Shown here in pieces: positions 37,108 through 47,137 of a stretch of 64,000 bases of DNA. The position numbers were made by a program, and so were the translations under genes. How positions within the stretch are numbered: position 1 is the stretch's first letter; each line of letters begins with the position of its first letter. The notes under the pieces were generated by a model that ran no database searches, was not told the origin of the DNA, and saw nothing but the letters and a program-made list of their open reading frames with translations. Location: the NCBI GenBank assembly GCA_963666735.1, contig OY762926.1, positions 3,744,001 to 3,808,000 on the forward strand, written 5' to 3'. The stretch comes from Gemmatimonadota bacterium (lineage in GTDB: Bacteria > Gemmatimonadota > Gemmatimonadetes > Palauibacterales > Palauibacteraceae).

Positions 37108-37118
37108 GGGAAGGAGAC

Positions 37119-37976
37119 ATGGAGACCATGACGCAGATCACGGCCGGGGCGGTGAAGGCTCTCCGCGACCGAACAGGTGCCGGGATGATGGACTGCAAGC
37201 GCGCGCTCATCGAGTCGGACGGAGATTCGGAGCGGGCCATCGACCTGCTCAGGAAAGCGGGCGCGGCGAAGGCGGCGAAGCGCGTGGCGCGCGCGGTGTC
37301 GGAAGGCACGATCCGCATCGCGATGCGCGATGGGTCCGCCTCGATGGTCGAGGTGCTGAGCGAAACGGACTTCGTCGCGCGCAGCGATGCGTTCGAGGAT
37401 TTCTCGCGGGATCTGGCCGACCGGCTGCTCGACCTCCCGGTGCCGGACGGGGAGACCGTGCAGGGCGCCGCGCTGCTGCAGTTCGAGGGCGGAGACGCGA
37501 TCGAGAGCCGCCTCAACGAGCTGCGGGTCCAGGTCGGAGAGAACATCCAGCTGGGACGGGCCGTGCGCTATGACGTCGGCGCGCAGGGGGCCTTCGCCTC
37601 CTACGTCCACTTCGGGAATCGCATCGGCGTGCTGCTGGAGGTTTCAGACTCCGGTGACGCGGCGGTGGAGGCGGCCCGCGGGATCGCGATGCATGCCGCG
37701 GCCACGAATCCCCGGGGCGTATCGCCGGACGACATCCCGGAGGAGGAGGTCGAACGCGAGCGCAAGCTGCTGACCGAACAGGCGCTGGAGCAGGGCAAGC
37801 CGGCCTCGATCACGGAGAAGATCGTGGAGGGCCGCATGCGCAAGTTCTATGAGGAGAACGCGCTTCTCTGGCAGGCCTATGTGCGCGATCCGGACCTGAC
37901 GGTGAAGGAGGTCCTGGGCAAGGCGGGAGAAGGCCTGGCGGTTCGGCGGTTCGCCCGCTTCGAGGTGGGCGGCTGA
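37119..37976 (+). CDS. tsf: Elongation factor Ts
   Basis: [37 protein letters not shown]. Confidence 0.97.
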   Translation: METMTQITAGAVKALRDRTGAGMMDCKRALIESDGDSERAIDLLRKAGAAKAAKRVARAVSEGTIRIAMRDGSASMVEVLSETDFVARSDAFEDFSRDLADRLLDLPVPDGETVQGAALLQFEGGDAIESRLNELRVQVGENIQLGRAVRYDVGAQGAFASYVHFGNRIGVLLEVSDSGDAAVEAARGIAMHAAATNPRGVSPDDIPEEEVERERKLLTEQALEQGKPASITEKIVEGRMRKFYEENALLWQAYVRDPDLTVKEVLGKAGEGLAVRRFARFEVGG

Positions 37977-38716
37977 GTTCCGCGGACCCGATTCCGGGGG
38001 CCGCGGCCGATCTCAAGTATCGCCGCGCCCTCGTGAAGCTCTCCGGCGAGTCGCTCGCCGGGAATCGAGGGTTCGGCATCGACCCGCCGGCCATCGAGGA
38101 ACTCACGCACGACATCCGTCGCGTCCACGGGAGCGGCGTGAGCCTCGGACTCGTCGTGGGCGGCGGGAACATCATGCGCGGCACGGTGGCGAGCGCGCGC
38201 GGCATGGATCGGGTGAGCGCGGACTACATGGGCATGCTCGCGACCGTGATCAACGCGATGGCGCTTCAGGACATGCTCGAGCAGGCCGGCGTGGAGACGC
38301 GGGTCATGTCCGCCATCCGGATGGAAGAACTCGCGGAGCCCTACATCCGGCGTCGCGCGCTGCGGCATATCGAGAAGGGAAGGGTCGTGATCTTCGCCGG
38401 AGGCACCGGGAACCCGTATTTTTCCACCGATACGGCGGCCGTGCTCCGGGCGATCGAGATGGAAGCCGACGTGATCATGAAGGCGACGCGGGTCGACGGG
38501 GTGTACACAGCGGATCCGGAGACCGACCCGGAGGCCTCGCTCATCGACGAGATCGGGTATCTCGAAGTGATGACCCGTGAACTCGGCGTCATGGACGCGG
38601 CGGCGATCTCGCTGTGCAAGGACAACTCGCTGCCCATCGTCGTCTTGAACATCAAGCGGCCTGGTGCAATCCTGGCAGCGTTGCGAGGCGAGAGGATCGG
38701 GACCCTCGTCGCGTAG
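37973..38716 (+). CDS. pyrH: UMP kinase; probable CTG start
   Basis: [33 protein letters not shown]. Confidence 0.95.
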   Translation: MSSADPIPGAAADLKYRRALVKLSGESLAGNRGFGIDPPAIEELTHDIRRVHGSGVSLGLVVGGGNIMRGTVASARGMDRVSADYMGMLATVINAMALQDMLEQAGVETRVMSAIRMEELAEPYIRRRALRHIEKGRVVIFAGGTGNPYFSTDTAAVLRAIEMEADVIMKATRVDGVYTADPETDPEASLIDEIGYLEVMTRELGVMDAAAISLCKDNSLPIVVLNIKRPGAILAALRGERIGTLVA

Positions 38717-38740
38717 GATTCGCGGAGATCGGAGGGGACG

Positions 38741-39298
38741 GTGCCGGAGGAGACGCTGGAGAATGCGGTCCTGGCGATGGATAGCGCGATCGAGGCGATC
38801 GCGCGGGAATTCGCCACCGTTCGTACGGGCAAGGCGACGACGGCGATTCTCGACGGCGTGAGGGTCGAAGCGTACGGCTCGATCGTACAGTTGCGGCAGG
38901 TGGCCAACGTCAGCGCTCCCGAGCCGACGATGCTTCTGGTGCAGCCGTACGACCCGAACATCGCCGGCGATGTCGCGCGCGCGATCCAGAGCGGCGACCT
39001 GGGGCTCAACCCTTCGGTGGACGGCGCCGTCGTCCGGGTGCCCATCCCGCCGCTGACCGAGGAGCGCCGCCGCGAGCTCGTCAAGATCCTCCACCGGATG
39101 GCGGAAGAGGGGCGGGTGTCGATCCGGCACGCGAGACACGATGCGCGCGACCAGCTCCTGAAGATGCAGCGGGACGGGGAAGTCGGTGAGGACATCTGCC
39201 GCCGCACGATGGCGGAGGTCCAGACGCATACGGACGAATACGTGAGGAAGATCGACGAGATGCTGACGCGCAGGGAAGCGGAGGTGATGGAGGTTTGA
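38741..39298 (+). CDS. frr: Ribosome recycling factor
   Basis: RTGKA, YGS, LNP, PPLTEERR. Confidence 0.96.
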   Translation: MPEETLENAVLAMDSAIEAIAREFATVRTGKATTAILDGVRVEAYGSIVQLRQVANVSAPEPTMLLVQPYDPNIAGDVARAIQSGDLGLNPSVDGAVVRVPIPPLTEERRRELVKILHRMAEEGRVSIRHARHDARDQLLKMQRDGEVGEDICRRTMAEVQTHTDEYVRKIDEMLTRREAEVMEV

Positions 39299-39558
39299 GC
39301 GGACCGAAGGACATCACCGGCGCCCTGCGGGCATACGTCACCGGGCGGGATCGCGTCTGGGAGCACGGGCGCAAGCTAGGCCGATCCGGGACCGCCTCCG
39401 CGGATCCCTCTCCCGATCCCTCCGCCGGCGCCCCGTCGGAGATCGCGTTCGGGGAGTTGCCGGCACGGCCGACGTTCGGCGTTTCCGTGGCCGAGGAACT
39501 GGACTTCCGCCGCGGCCCGGCGGCGTGCCGCGACCGCCTCCCGCCAAGAGAGTCCTGA
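39295..39558 (+). CDS. Small hypothetical protein (87 aa)
   Basis: TTGA overlap with the frr stop, GGAGG upstream, stop overlaps an in-frame CTG of tilS; no recognisable motif. Confidence 0.45.
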   Translation: MSGPKDITGALRAYVTGRDRVWEHGRKLGRSGTASADPSPDPSAGAPSEIAFGELPARPTFGVSVAEELDFRRGPAACRDRLPPRES

Positions 39559-40955
39559 CCCTCCGCGCCGAAGCCCCGCGCGCCGCGGGCGCCGGCGTGG
39601 AGGCCCGCCTGCGGCGCGCGCTCGAGGCGACTCCGGAGCTTCTGCCGCGAGGCTCGCGCGTCCTCGTGGCCTTCTCCGGCGGATCGGACTCGGTCGCGCT
39701 CCTCCATCTCCTCCGCGCGCTCGGCGAGTCATGGCCGCTGACGCTAAGCGCGGCCCACTTCGACCACGGGCTGCAGCCGGAAAGCGCCACACAGGCCGCG
39801 CGAGCGGCGGAACTCTGCCGCCGGGCCGGAGTTCCGTGCGACGTGGGCCGGGCGAACGGACTCGCGGGCGGCCACGCGGAGTGGCGGGCGGCCCGATACG
39901 CGTTCCTGGCCGAGGCGCGGCGTCAGGCCGGGGCGGACCGCGTCGCCCTCGCGCACCAGCGCGATGACCAGGTGGAGACGGTGTTGCTGAACCTCCTGCG
40001 CGGCCCCGGCTATCGCGGGCTGGCCGGCATCCCCGCGCGCCGCGGCGCGTTCGTGCGTCCGCTGCTCGGCTTCGGGCGAGAGGAACTGAGAGGCTATCTG
40101 CGCGCCGCGGGGCGGGAGTGGGTGAAGGATCCCGCAAACCGGCATCCCCGTTATCGGCGCTCGCGGGTGCGGTACGGGCTGCTGCCGGCCCTGGCCGACC
40201 GGGAGCCATCCGTGCGCCGACTGCTGGCGGAACTCGGAAGGCATGCACTGGTGGCCGAGGGGGGGCTGGAAGCGGTCGCCCGGCGGCGTCTCGCCGCCGC
40301 GGGATACCGGGAAAGCGCCGCCGGCGCGCAAATTGCCCGGTCCCGGTTGCTGGGGTATGATCGGGCGGCGCGCGGCCGCATGTTGCGGCGGGTCGCCCGG
40401 GACATGGGTTTCCGGGTGTCCCGGCGCGGAACCCGGGTGGGCGCATCCTTCATCGACACGGGGGAGAGCGGGCGCGGAGTGGACATCGCGGCAGGTCTGC
40501 GGGTCGAGCGCGAGTTCGACCGGATTCACGTCCGTCGCGCGCGCCAGGCGCCGTCCGACCGCGAACTCGACATCGATCGGATGCGGGCGGGCCGGGCGCC
40601 GGTTCGCCTCGGCGGGAGGGCCTATGAGGTGCGCTGGGGCGCCCTCGAGGGTACGGAACGCTGGGCGACGGCTTTCCCCGTCAACGGGATCAGGTTCCCG
40701 ATCCGGGTACGGGGACCGGAACCCGGAGACCGGATCCGCACGCCGGCCGGGTCGCGGAAGGTGGCGAAGCTTCTGGTCGAGCGTCGCGTGCCGGCTTCGG
40801 GTCGCGCGGGCGTGCCGGTCCTGGTGGATGCCGACCGGAAAGTGCTGTGGGTGGCCGGGCACTCCCGGGCGGCGGTGGCGCCGCCCGACCCCGGAGGAGC
40901 GTGGTTCGCCATTGGAGTCCATTGGATTCACCGAGCGCTGAGACCGGCACGATGA
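39525..40955 (+). CDS. tilS: tRNA(Ile)-lysidine synthetase
   Basis: AFSGGSDS, HFDHG, AHQRDDQVET, RPLL, DPAN, TilS_C; start GTG 39525 or CTG 39555. Confidence 0.93.
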   Translation: MPRPPPAKRVLTLRAEAPRAAGAGVEARLRRALEATPELLPRGSRVLVAFSGGSDSVALLHLLRALGESWPLTLSAAHFDHGLQPESATQAARAAELCRRAGVPCDVGRANGLAGGHAEWRAARYAFLAEARRQAGADRVALAHQRDDQVETVLLNLLRGPGYRGLAGIPARRGAFVRPLLGFGREELRGYLRAAGREWVKDPANRHPRYRRSRVRYGLLPALADREPSVRRLLAELGRHALVAEGGLEAVARRRLAAAGYRESAAGAQIARSRLLGYDRAARGRMLRRVARDMGFRVSRRGTRVGASFIDTGESGRGVDIAAGLRVEREFDRIHVRRARQAPSDRELDIDRMRAGRAPVRLGGRAYEVRWGALEGTERWATAFPVNGIRFPIRVRGPEPGDRIRTPAGSRKVAKLLVERRVPASGRAGVPVLVDADRKVLWVAGHSRAAVAPPDPGGAWFAIGVHWIHRALRPAR

Positions 40956-41515
40956 GAGCCGCGGAACGCGAGTTCACGGAGTACACCGGGGGCGAGCCCC
41001 TCGGACACGTCGTCTACTCCGCGCCGCAGATCGCGGACTGCGTCGCCCGCATGGGAGCGGACATCGCCGCCGCATACCCGCCGGACGCCGATATCCTGAT
41101 GCTGGGACTGCTCAAGGGGTCGTTCGTCTTCCTCGGCGACCTGGTCCGCCGGATCCGGCGGCCGCTGCAGGTCGACTTCCTCGTCGCGTCGAGCTACGGC
41201 AAGGGCACGAAGAGTTCGGGCAACGTGGAACTGCTCTACGACCCGCGGGCCCCGATGGCCGGCCGGCACATCATCCTCGTCGAAGACATCGTCGACAGCG
41301 GCACCACGCTGAACCAGTTGTGCGGCGCGCTCGTCGATCGAGGCCCCGCCTCTTTCGAGATCTGCGCGCTCCTCCACAAGCGCATCGCGCCGGACTTGGA
41401 GTGGGAGCCCCGGTGGGTTGGCTTCGATGCACCAAATGAGTTCCTTGTGGGGTATGGATTGGATCACGGGGAGGATTTTCGTCACCTTCCATTTATCGCG
41501 TGTCCCCGTACGTGA
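40952..41515 (+). CDS. hpt: Hypoxanthine phosphoribosyltransferase
   Basis: LKGSFVF, VEDIVDSGTT, FLVGYGLD; ATGA overlap. Confidence 0.95.
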   Translation: MRAAEREFTEYTGGEPLGHVVYSAPQIADCVARMGADIAAAYPPDADILMLGLLKGSFVFLGDLVRRIRRPLQVDFLVASSYGKGTKSSGNVELLYDPRAPMAGRHIILVEDIVDSGTTLNQLCGALVDRGPASFEICALLHKRIAPDLEWEPRWVGFDAPNEFLVGYGLDHGEDFRHLPFIACPRT

Positions 41516-41576
41516 GCCGTTCGGGAGACAGTCGCAGGCGAGATATCGGAGCCGGAACAGGTCGGAATAGATCAAA

Positions 41577-43589
41577 ATGAGACAAGACCAGCCGCAGAGG
41601 CCGCCACAGAGGCAGGACGGCAGCGATTCCTCGGGCCGCATGCATCGATGGCTCAGGACCGCGTCGTTCTGGGCGCTGCTGATCCTGATCCCCGTCGCGC
41701 TTCTCCAGTTCATGGGAAGCGCCGGGGAGAGCCGGGAGAAGCTGACCTACACGCAGTTCCGCCAGCAGATCACGCAAGGGAACATCGAGTCGATCCAGGT
41801 GCGCCTCGGAACCGGCGAAGTGGAGGGCAGACTCAGGAGTCCGATCACCGTCGAGGAGACGGAGGTCGGGAACTTCCATCTCCTGCTTCCGACGCGCGAG
41901 ATCGGCGACGCCCTCATGAGCGAACTCCTCGCGGCCGACATCGCGATCGAAACGCTTCCCGCGCGCAGCAACTGGCTGAACGTATTCATCTCGATCCTTC
42001 CCTGGATCTTCATCATCGGACTATGGCTCTTCGTCATCCGGCAGATGCAGGCCGGAGGATCGCGGGCCTTCAGTTTCGGGAAGTCGAAGGCCAGACTCCT
42101 GAGCGGAGACACGCCGAAGATCACCTTCGCCGACGTCGCGGGGTGCGATGAAGCGAAGGACGAATTGCAGGAGATCATCGAGTTCCTCAAGGATCCGCGG
42201 AAGTTCTCGCGCCTCGGCGGACGCCTGCCGAAGGGCGCGCTGCTCGTCGGGCCGCCGGGGACCGGCAAGACGCTCCTCGCGAGAGCCGTCGCCGGGGAGG
42301 CCGGACGACCGTTCTTCTCGATGTCCGGCTCCGACTTCGTGGAGATGTTCGTCGGCGTGGGCGCTTCCCGCGTCCGTGACCTCTTCGAACAGGGGAAGGC
42401 CCAGGCGCCCTGCATCATCTTCATCGACGAGATCGACGCGGTCGGACGCCACCGCGGGGCCGGTCTCGGGGGCGGGCACGACGAACGGGAACAGACGCTG
42501 AACCAGTTGCTCGTGGAGATGGACGGCTTCGAGTCGAACGAAGGGGTGATCCTCCTCGCGGCGACGAACCGGCCGGATGTGCTCGACCCCGCGCTCCTGC
42601 GCCCGGGTCGCTTCGACCGCCAGATCGTCGTCGACAATCCCGATATCAAGGGGCGCGAGGGGATTTTCCAGGTGCACACGCAGGACATCCCGCTCGCCGA
42701 CGATGTCGACCTCGCGGTGCTGGCGAAGGGGACCCCGGGACTCTCGGGCGCGGATATCGAGAACGTCGTGAACGAGGCCGCGCTCATCGCGGCGCGGGAC
42801 GACAAGGATCGCGTCTACATGGACGAATTCGAGCGGGCCAAGGACAAGGTCATGCTTGGCACCGAGCGCCGGAGCATGGTGATCTCCGATGAGGAGCGCC
42901 GCGTCACGGCCTACCACGAGGCGGGGCATGCCGTGGTCGCCCTCCGCGTTCCGGGGCTGGATCCGCTCCACAAGGTGACGATCGTTCCCCGCGGGCGTGC
43001 CCTCGGGATCACGGCCTCGCTGCCCGAGGAGGACCGCCACAACTACACGAAGGACTGGCTCGAGGGCCAGCTCAAGATGCTCTTCGGCGGTCGCGTGGCC
43101 GAAGAGATGATGTTCGGCGAGGGCAAGATCACGACCGGCGCGGGCAACGACATCGAGCGCGCGACGGACCTCGCGCGCCGCATGGTCACCCAGTTCGGGA
43201 TGTCGCCGGCCGTGGGCGCGATGTCCGTGGGGGACCGTGAACAGGAGGTCTTCCTGGGACGGGACCTCTCGCAACGCCGCGAGGTGAGCGAGAAGACGGC
43301 CGAACTCGTGGACGGCGAGATCAAGCGCATCCTGGATGAGTCGTACGCCGCCACGCATAACGTCCTCGAAGAGAATCAGACGCTGCTCGAAGCGATCGCG
43401 AAGGCGCTGCTGGAGCGGGAGACGCTCGACTCGGAGGACATCAAGCTGCTCGAGGAGGGCAGGGAGTTGCCGGCTCCGGTCCCGGAACCCGTCCAGCCGC
43501 CGCCGACGCCGGCGACCGTGGAGCCGGCGCCGCAGCGGGAGCGTCCGCTGGAGGGTGCGGGGGGCGAGCCCGCCCCGGCCCCGGCCTGA
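41577..43589 (+). CDS. ftsH: ATP-dependent zinc metalloprotease FtsH
   Basis: Two TM helices, [28 protein letters not shown]. Confidence 0.98.
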   Translation: MRQDQPQRPPQRQDGSDSSGRMHRWLRTASFWALLILIPVALLQFMGSAGESREKLTYTQFRQQITQGNIESIQVRLGTGEVEGRLRSPITVEETEVGNFHLLLPTREIGDALMSELLAADIAIETLPARSNWLNVFISILPWIFIIGLWLFVIRQMQAGGSRAFSFGKSKARLLSGDTPKITFADVAGCDEAKDELQEIIEFLKDPRKFSRLGGRLPKGALLVGPPGTGKTLLARAVAGEAGRPFFSMSGSDFVEMFVGVGASRVRDLFEQGKAQAPCIIFIDEIDAVGRHRGAGLGGGHDEREQTLNQLLVEMDGFESNEGVILLAATNRPDVLDPALLRPGRFDRQIVVDNPDIKGREGIFQVHTQDIPLADDVDLAVLAKGTPGLSGADIENVVNEAALIAARDDKDRVYMDEFERAKDKVMLGTERRSMVISDEERRVTAYHEAGHAVVALRVPGLDPLHKVTIVPRGRALGITASLPEEDRHNYTKDWLEGQLKMLFGGRVAEEMMFGEGKITTGAGNDIERATDLARRMVTQFGMSPAVGAMSVGDREQEVFLGRDLSQRREVSEKTAELVDGEIKRILDESYAATHNVLEENQTLLEAIAKALLERETLDSEDIKLLEEGRELPAPVPEPVQPPPTPATVEPAPQRERPLEGAGGEPAPAPA

Positions 43590-43606
43590 GGGCGCCCGGC
43601 GCGCGG

Positions 43607-44548
43607 ATGGGGATGGGGCTCTCGACGGTCGGGCCGGCAAGCACCTGGCGAGTAGGCGATCGCGAGATCTCTCTCGCATCACCCGTGATCGCGGGGATCC
43701 TCAACGTCACGCCCGATTCGTTCTCGGACGGCGGCCGGTTCGACCGGCCTCGCGCGGCGATCGCGCGAGGTTGGCAGATCGCGGAAGAGGGAGCGGCGAT
43801 CCTCGATATCGGAGCCGAGTCCACGCGACCCGCCGCCGACCCGGTGCCGGCGGAAGAGGAATGGGCCCGGCTTGAACCCGTGCTCCGAGGACTGCGCGAT
43901 CTCCCGATCCCCGTCTCCGTGGATACGTCCAAGCTCGAGGTGGCGGAGCGGGCGGTCGATGCGGGCGCCGCGGCGATCAACGATGTGACCGCCCTGCGCG
44001 CCGATCCGGCGCTGGCGGGTCTCGCGGCCCGCACGGGCGCCGGGCTCGTCCTCATGCACATGCGCGGCACGCCCCGGACCATGCAGCTCGACACCGCCTA
44101 CGGCGACATCGCGGCGGAGGTGCGCGGCGCTCTGGCCGACGCCCGGCGGACGGCGCTCGACGCGGGCTGCGAGCCGGGGCAGATCGCGGTCGACCCGGGG
44201 CTTGGCTTCGGCAAGTCCCTGGATGGCAATCTCGAACTGCTGGCCCGGCTCGACGAGATCGCGGCGCTCGGAGCGCCGGTGTGGGTCGGCCCGTCGCGCA
44301 AGTCCTTCCTCGGAGCGCTGCTCGGCGTGGGGCCGGATGAGCGCGTGACGGGCTCCGTGGCCGCGTCCCTGGCCGCGGCGCGGCGGGGCGCCGATGTGCT
44401 CCGCGTGCACGATGTTCGCGAGACGCGCCAGGCGCTTGACGTCGAGGGCGCAATCGACGCGGTCGATGCCCGCGACGCGGTCGATGCCCGCCGCGCCGCC
44501 GGCGCCCGTCCGCCCGCCCGCCCGCAGGCGGCTGGGGGCCGCGGCTGA
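43607..44548 (+). CDS. folP: Dihydropteroate synthase
   Basis: GILNVTPDSFSDGG, DIGAESTRP, DPGLGFGK, SRK, RVHDV. Confidence 0.96.
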   Translation: MGMGLSTVGPASTWRVGDREISLASPVIAGILNVTPDSFSDGGRFDRPRAAIARGWQIAEEGAAILDIGAESTRPAADPVPAEEEWARLEPVLRGLRDLPIPVSVDTSKLEVAERAVDAGAAAINDVTALRADPALAGLAARTGAGLVLMHMRGTPRTMQLDTAYGDIAAEVRGALADARRTALDAGCEPGQIAVDPGLGFGKSLDGNLELLARLDEIAALGAPVWVGPSRKSFLGALLGVGPDERVTGSVAASLAAARRGADVLRVHDVRETRQALDVEGAIDAVDARDAVDARRAAGARPPARPQAAGGRG

Positions 44549-45417
44549 TGGATGCCCTCTGGAACTACCTGCGCCTCCTTCAGATCGATCTCCTGGACGC
44601 CTTCGAGATCACCGTCGTCGCGGTCCTCATCTACCGGGTGCTCATCCTCTGGTCCGGCACCCGGGCGTTCCAGATGCTGTTCGGCCTCGTCCTCCTCGTC
44701 GCGGTATACGCGGCGGCGGGATGGCTCAGCCTCGACCTCATCCGGTCGATTCTCTCGCAGGCCTTCACCTACGGGGCCTTCGCGCTCATCGTCGTCTTTC
44801 ACCCGGAATTGCGGAACGCGCTCGCCCGGATCGGCCGCAACCGCGTGCTGAGCGCGCTGACCCGGCTTCAGGAGCGGAGCGAGGCGGTCGCGGATGAGAT
44901 CGCGAAAGCGGCGGCCGAACTGTCCCGCACCCGGACCGGGGCGATCATCGCGATCGAACGCGAACTGTCGCTCGAGGAGTACATCGAGAAGACGGGGACG
45001 CGGCTCCGGGCCGACGTGTCGTCCAGCCTGCTCGTGTCGCTGTTCACGCCCAGGTCGCCCCTGCACGATGGGGCGGTCGTCGTGCGCGACGGGCAGATCG
45101 TGGCCGCCGGCGTCCACCTGCCGCTCACGCAGTACCCCCTCAGCGACCGGACGCTCGGCACCCGGCACCGCGCCACGCTCGGCCTTTCGGAGGAGACCGA
45201 CGCGTACGTCGTCGTCGTATCCGAGGAGACGAGCCAGATCTCGCTCGCGCGTCGCGGCGTCCTGCGCCGGAACCTGGCGGCGCAGCAGCTCCGGGACCAC
45301 CTGGCGGCCGATGTCGCGGCACCCGAACCGAGCCGCCCCGGCGCCGGTCTCGACACGGAGTCCGCGGACCGGCCGGACGGGCCCAAACGGTTTGACGAGG
45401 TGCCGTCCGTCCCCTAG
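44548..45417 (+). CDS. cdaA: Diadenylate cyclase CdaA
   Basis: Three TM helices plus DAC domain with LHDGA and GTRHRA. Confidence 0.93.
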   Translation: MDALWNYLRLLQIDLLDAFEITVVAVLIYRVLILWSGTRAFQMLFGLVLLVAVYAAAGWLSLDLIRSILSQAFTYGAFALIVVFHPELRNALARIGRNRVLSALTRLQERSEAVADEIAKAAAELSRTRTGAIIAIERELSLEEYIEKTGTRLRADVSSSLLVSLFTPRSPLHDGAVVVRDGQIVAAGVHLPLTQYPLSDRTLGTRHRATLGLSEETDAYVVVVSEETSQISLARRGVLRRNLAAQQLRDHLAADVAAPEPSRPGAGLDTESADRPDGPKRFDEVPSVP

Positions 45418-45420
45418 ACT
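45392..45420 (+). promoter_or_regulatory. Sigma70 promoter for exbB-exbD-exbD-tonB
   Basis: TTGACG-N17-TAGACT; the -10 contains the cdaA TAG stop. Confidence 0.75.
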
Positions 45421-45481
45421 TGCGAGCCGGGACCAGGCCGGCATTGGGCGACAAATCCCTCACGGGCAGGCGACAGGCAAT

Positions 45482-46147
45482 ATGGGCAATCAGTACGAGC
45501 TGCTGACTCTGTTCACCGATGGCGGGTTCATGATGTACCCCCTTGTCCTCTGCTCGCTGATCGCGATCGGCGTGATGCTGGCCAAGGCGTGGACCCTGAC
45601 GATCGCCCATCGCGACTCGAAGCGACTGCTCGACGAGATCGAGAACCTCGGCGTGAGCGGCCGCCTCGGCGAAGCGATCACGACGGCCGAAGAGACGCGG
45701 GGACCCGTCGCCGCGATCCTCCTCGCCGGTCTGCGCCGACTCCGCGACCGCGGCAGCGAGGCGCGCTCCGACGGGAAGGACATCCAGAAGGCGATCGCAA
45801 CGACGGGCGTGATCGAGCTCGACTTCCTCGAACGCGGCCTCACCGTCCTCGGCACGATCGCCAACGTCGCTCCCATGCTGGGTTTCCTCGGCACCGTGAT
45901 CGGGATGATTCTCGCCTTCCAGGCCATCGAGATCGCGGGCCAGGTCGAGCCGGGCCTCGTCGCCGGCGGCATCAAGGTGGCGCTCATCACGACCGCCACC
46001 GGCCTCTCGATCGCGATCCCCGTCAACATCGGCTACAACTTTTTCGTCACCCGCATCGACCGTCTCATCCTCGACATGGAGGAAGGGGCGCAGGAGGTGC
46101 TCGGGCTGATCTGGGACCTCGAGGACCGCGGCGCGCGGGCGAGCTGA
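45482..46147 (+). CDS. exbB: MotA/TolQ/ExbB proton channel
   Basis: APMLGFLGTVIGMI, GGIKVALITTATGL. Confidence 0.93.
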   Translation: MGNQYELLTLFTDGGFMMYPLVLCSLIAIGVMLAKAWTLTIAHRDSKRLLDEIENLGVSGRLGEAITTAEETRGPVAAILLAGLRRLRDRGSEARSDGKDIQKAIATTGVIELDFLERGLTVLGTIANVAPMLGFLGTVIGMILAFQAIEIAGQVEPGLVAGGIKVALITTATGLSIAIPVNIGYNFFVTRIDRLILDMEEGAQEVLGLIWDLEDRGARAS

Positions 46148-46195
46148 CGCGCCCGAGTCGCACCTCCGGGCGAAAAACGGAGAAAGAAGTCCACA

Positions 46196-46618
46196 ATGGC
46201 GATCATGAAGCGCAAGCAGAAGGTGTCGGATGAGATCCCGACCTCTTCGATGGCGGACATCGCGTTCCTCCTCCTGGTCTTCTTCCTCACGACGACGGTG
46301 TTCAACGAGGAACGGGGACTGCCGATCGTGCTCCCGGAGCAGGCCGAGGAGCAGGACGTGTCGGGACGGAACCTGATCTTCTTCATCGTGCAGCCCGACG
46401 GCCGCGTGATCGTGCGCCGGGGAGAGAGCGAGCAGGAACAGGTCGTGGCGCACACGCAGGTCGCGAACATCCTGCGCACCGAACTGGCCGGCAACGAGAA
46501 TCTCATCGCCGCCATTCAGACGCACCCGGACGCGCCCTACCGTCACATGGTCAACGTGCTCGATGAAGTGAAGCTGGCGGGCGCCGAGCGAATCTCGCTA
46601 CAGGAGATGGAGAACTAG
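46196..46618 (+). CDS. exbD: Biopolymer transporter ExbD
   Basis: IPTSSMADIAFLLLVFF. Confidence 0.92.
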   Translation: MAIMKRKQKVSDEIPTSSMADIAFLLLVFFLTTTVFNEERGLPIVLPEQAEEQDVSGRNLIFFIVQPDGRVIVRRGESEQEQVVAHTQVANILRTELAGNENLIAAIQTHPDAPYRHMVNVLDEVKLAGAERISLQEMEN

Positions 46619-47065
46619 ATGGCCATCAAGGACAGCGGCTTCAAGAAAAAGTCCGGGTCGGACGGGTCGATCCCCACTTCGTCCATGGCCGACATCGCGT
46701 TTCTCCTTCTCATCTTCTTCATGGTCACGACCGTCTTCCGGAAGGATCGGAACCGGCAGATCGAGTGGACGACCGCCGAGGCCACCGAGAAGATCGACGA
46801 GAAACGGCAGAACATCCTCCATCTCTGGGTTCAGCGCGACGGTTCGGTCTGGATCAACGACGTGCTGACGCCGTTCGAGGACATCTCGGAAACCGTTCGG
46901 CCCATCTATGCGGAGAACCGCGAACTCGTGATCGCGATTCGCGGCGACTCCGAGGTGCCTTATCAGCAGATCAATACAATTACGGAAGAATTGCAGGCAT
47001 CCGGCGCGGTGCGCGTAACCTTCGCCACACGACTCGAGCAGCGCGCCATGCGGGCTCGGCGCTGA
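46619..47065 (+). CDS. exbD: Biopolymer transporter ExbD (second copy)
   Basis: IPTSSMADIAFLLLIFF; IRGD..VPY. Confidence 0.92.
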   Translation: MAIKDSGFKKKSGSDGSIPTSSMADIAFLLLIFFMVTTVFRKDRNRQIEWTTAEATEKIDEKRQNILHLWVQRDGSVWINDVLTPFEDISETVRPIYAENRELVIAIRGDSEVPYQQINTITEELQASGAVRVTFATRLEQRAMRARR

Positions 47066-47137
47066 CGCGGGGTTCTGGCCGCGGGCTGCCGGAAGTAGCA
47101 GCCACACCACGGGCTTCTGGAGACCGGGAGGAAAACG

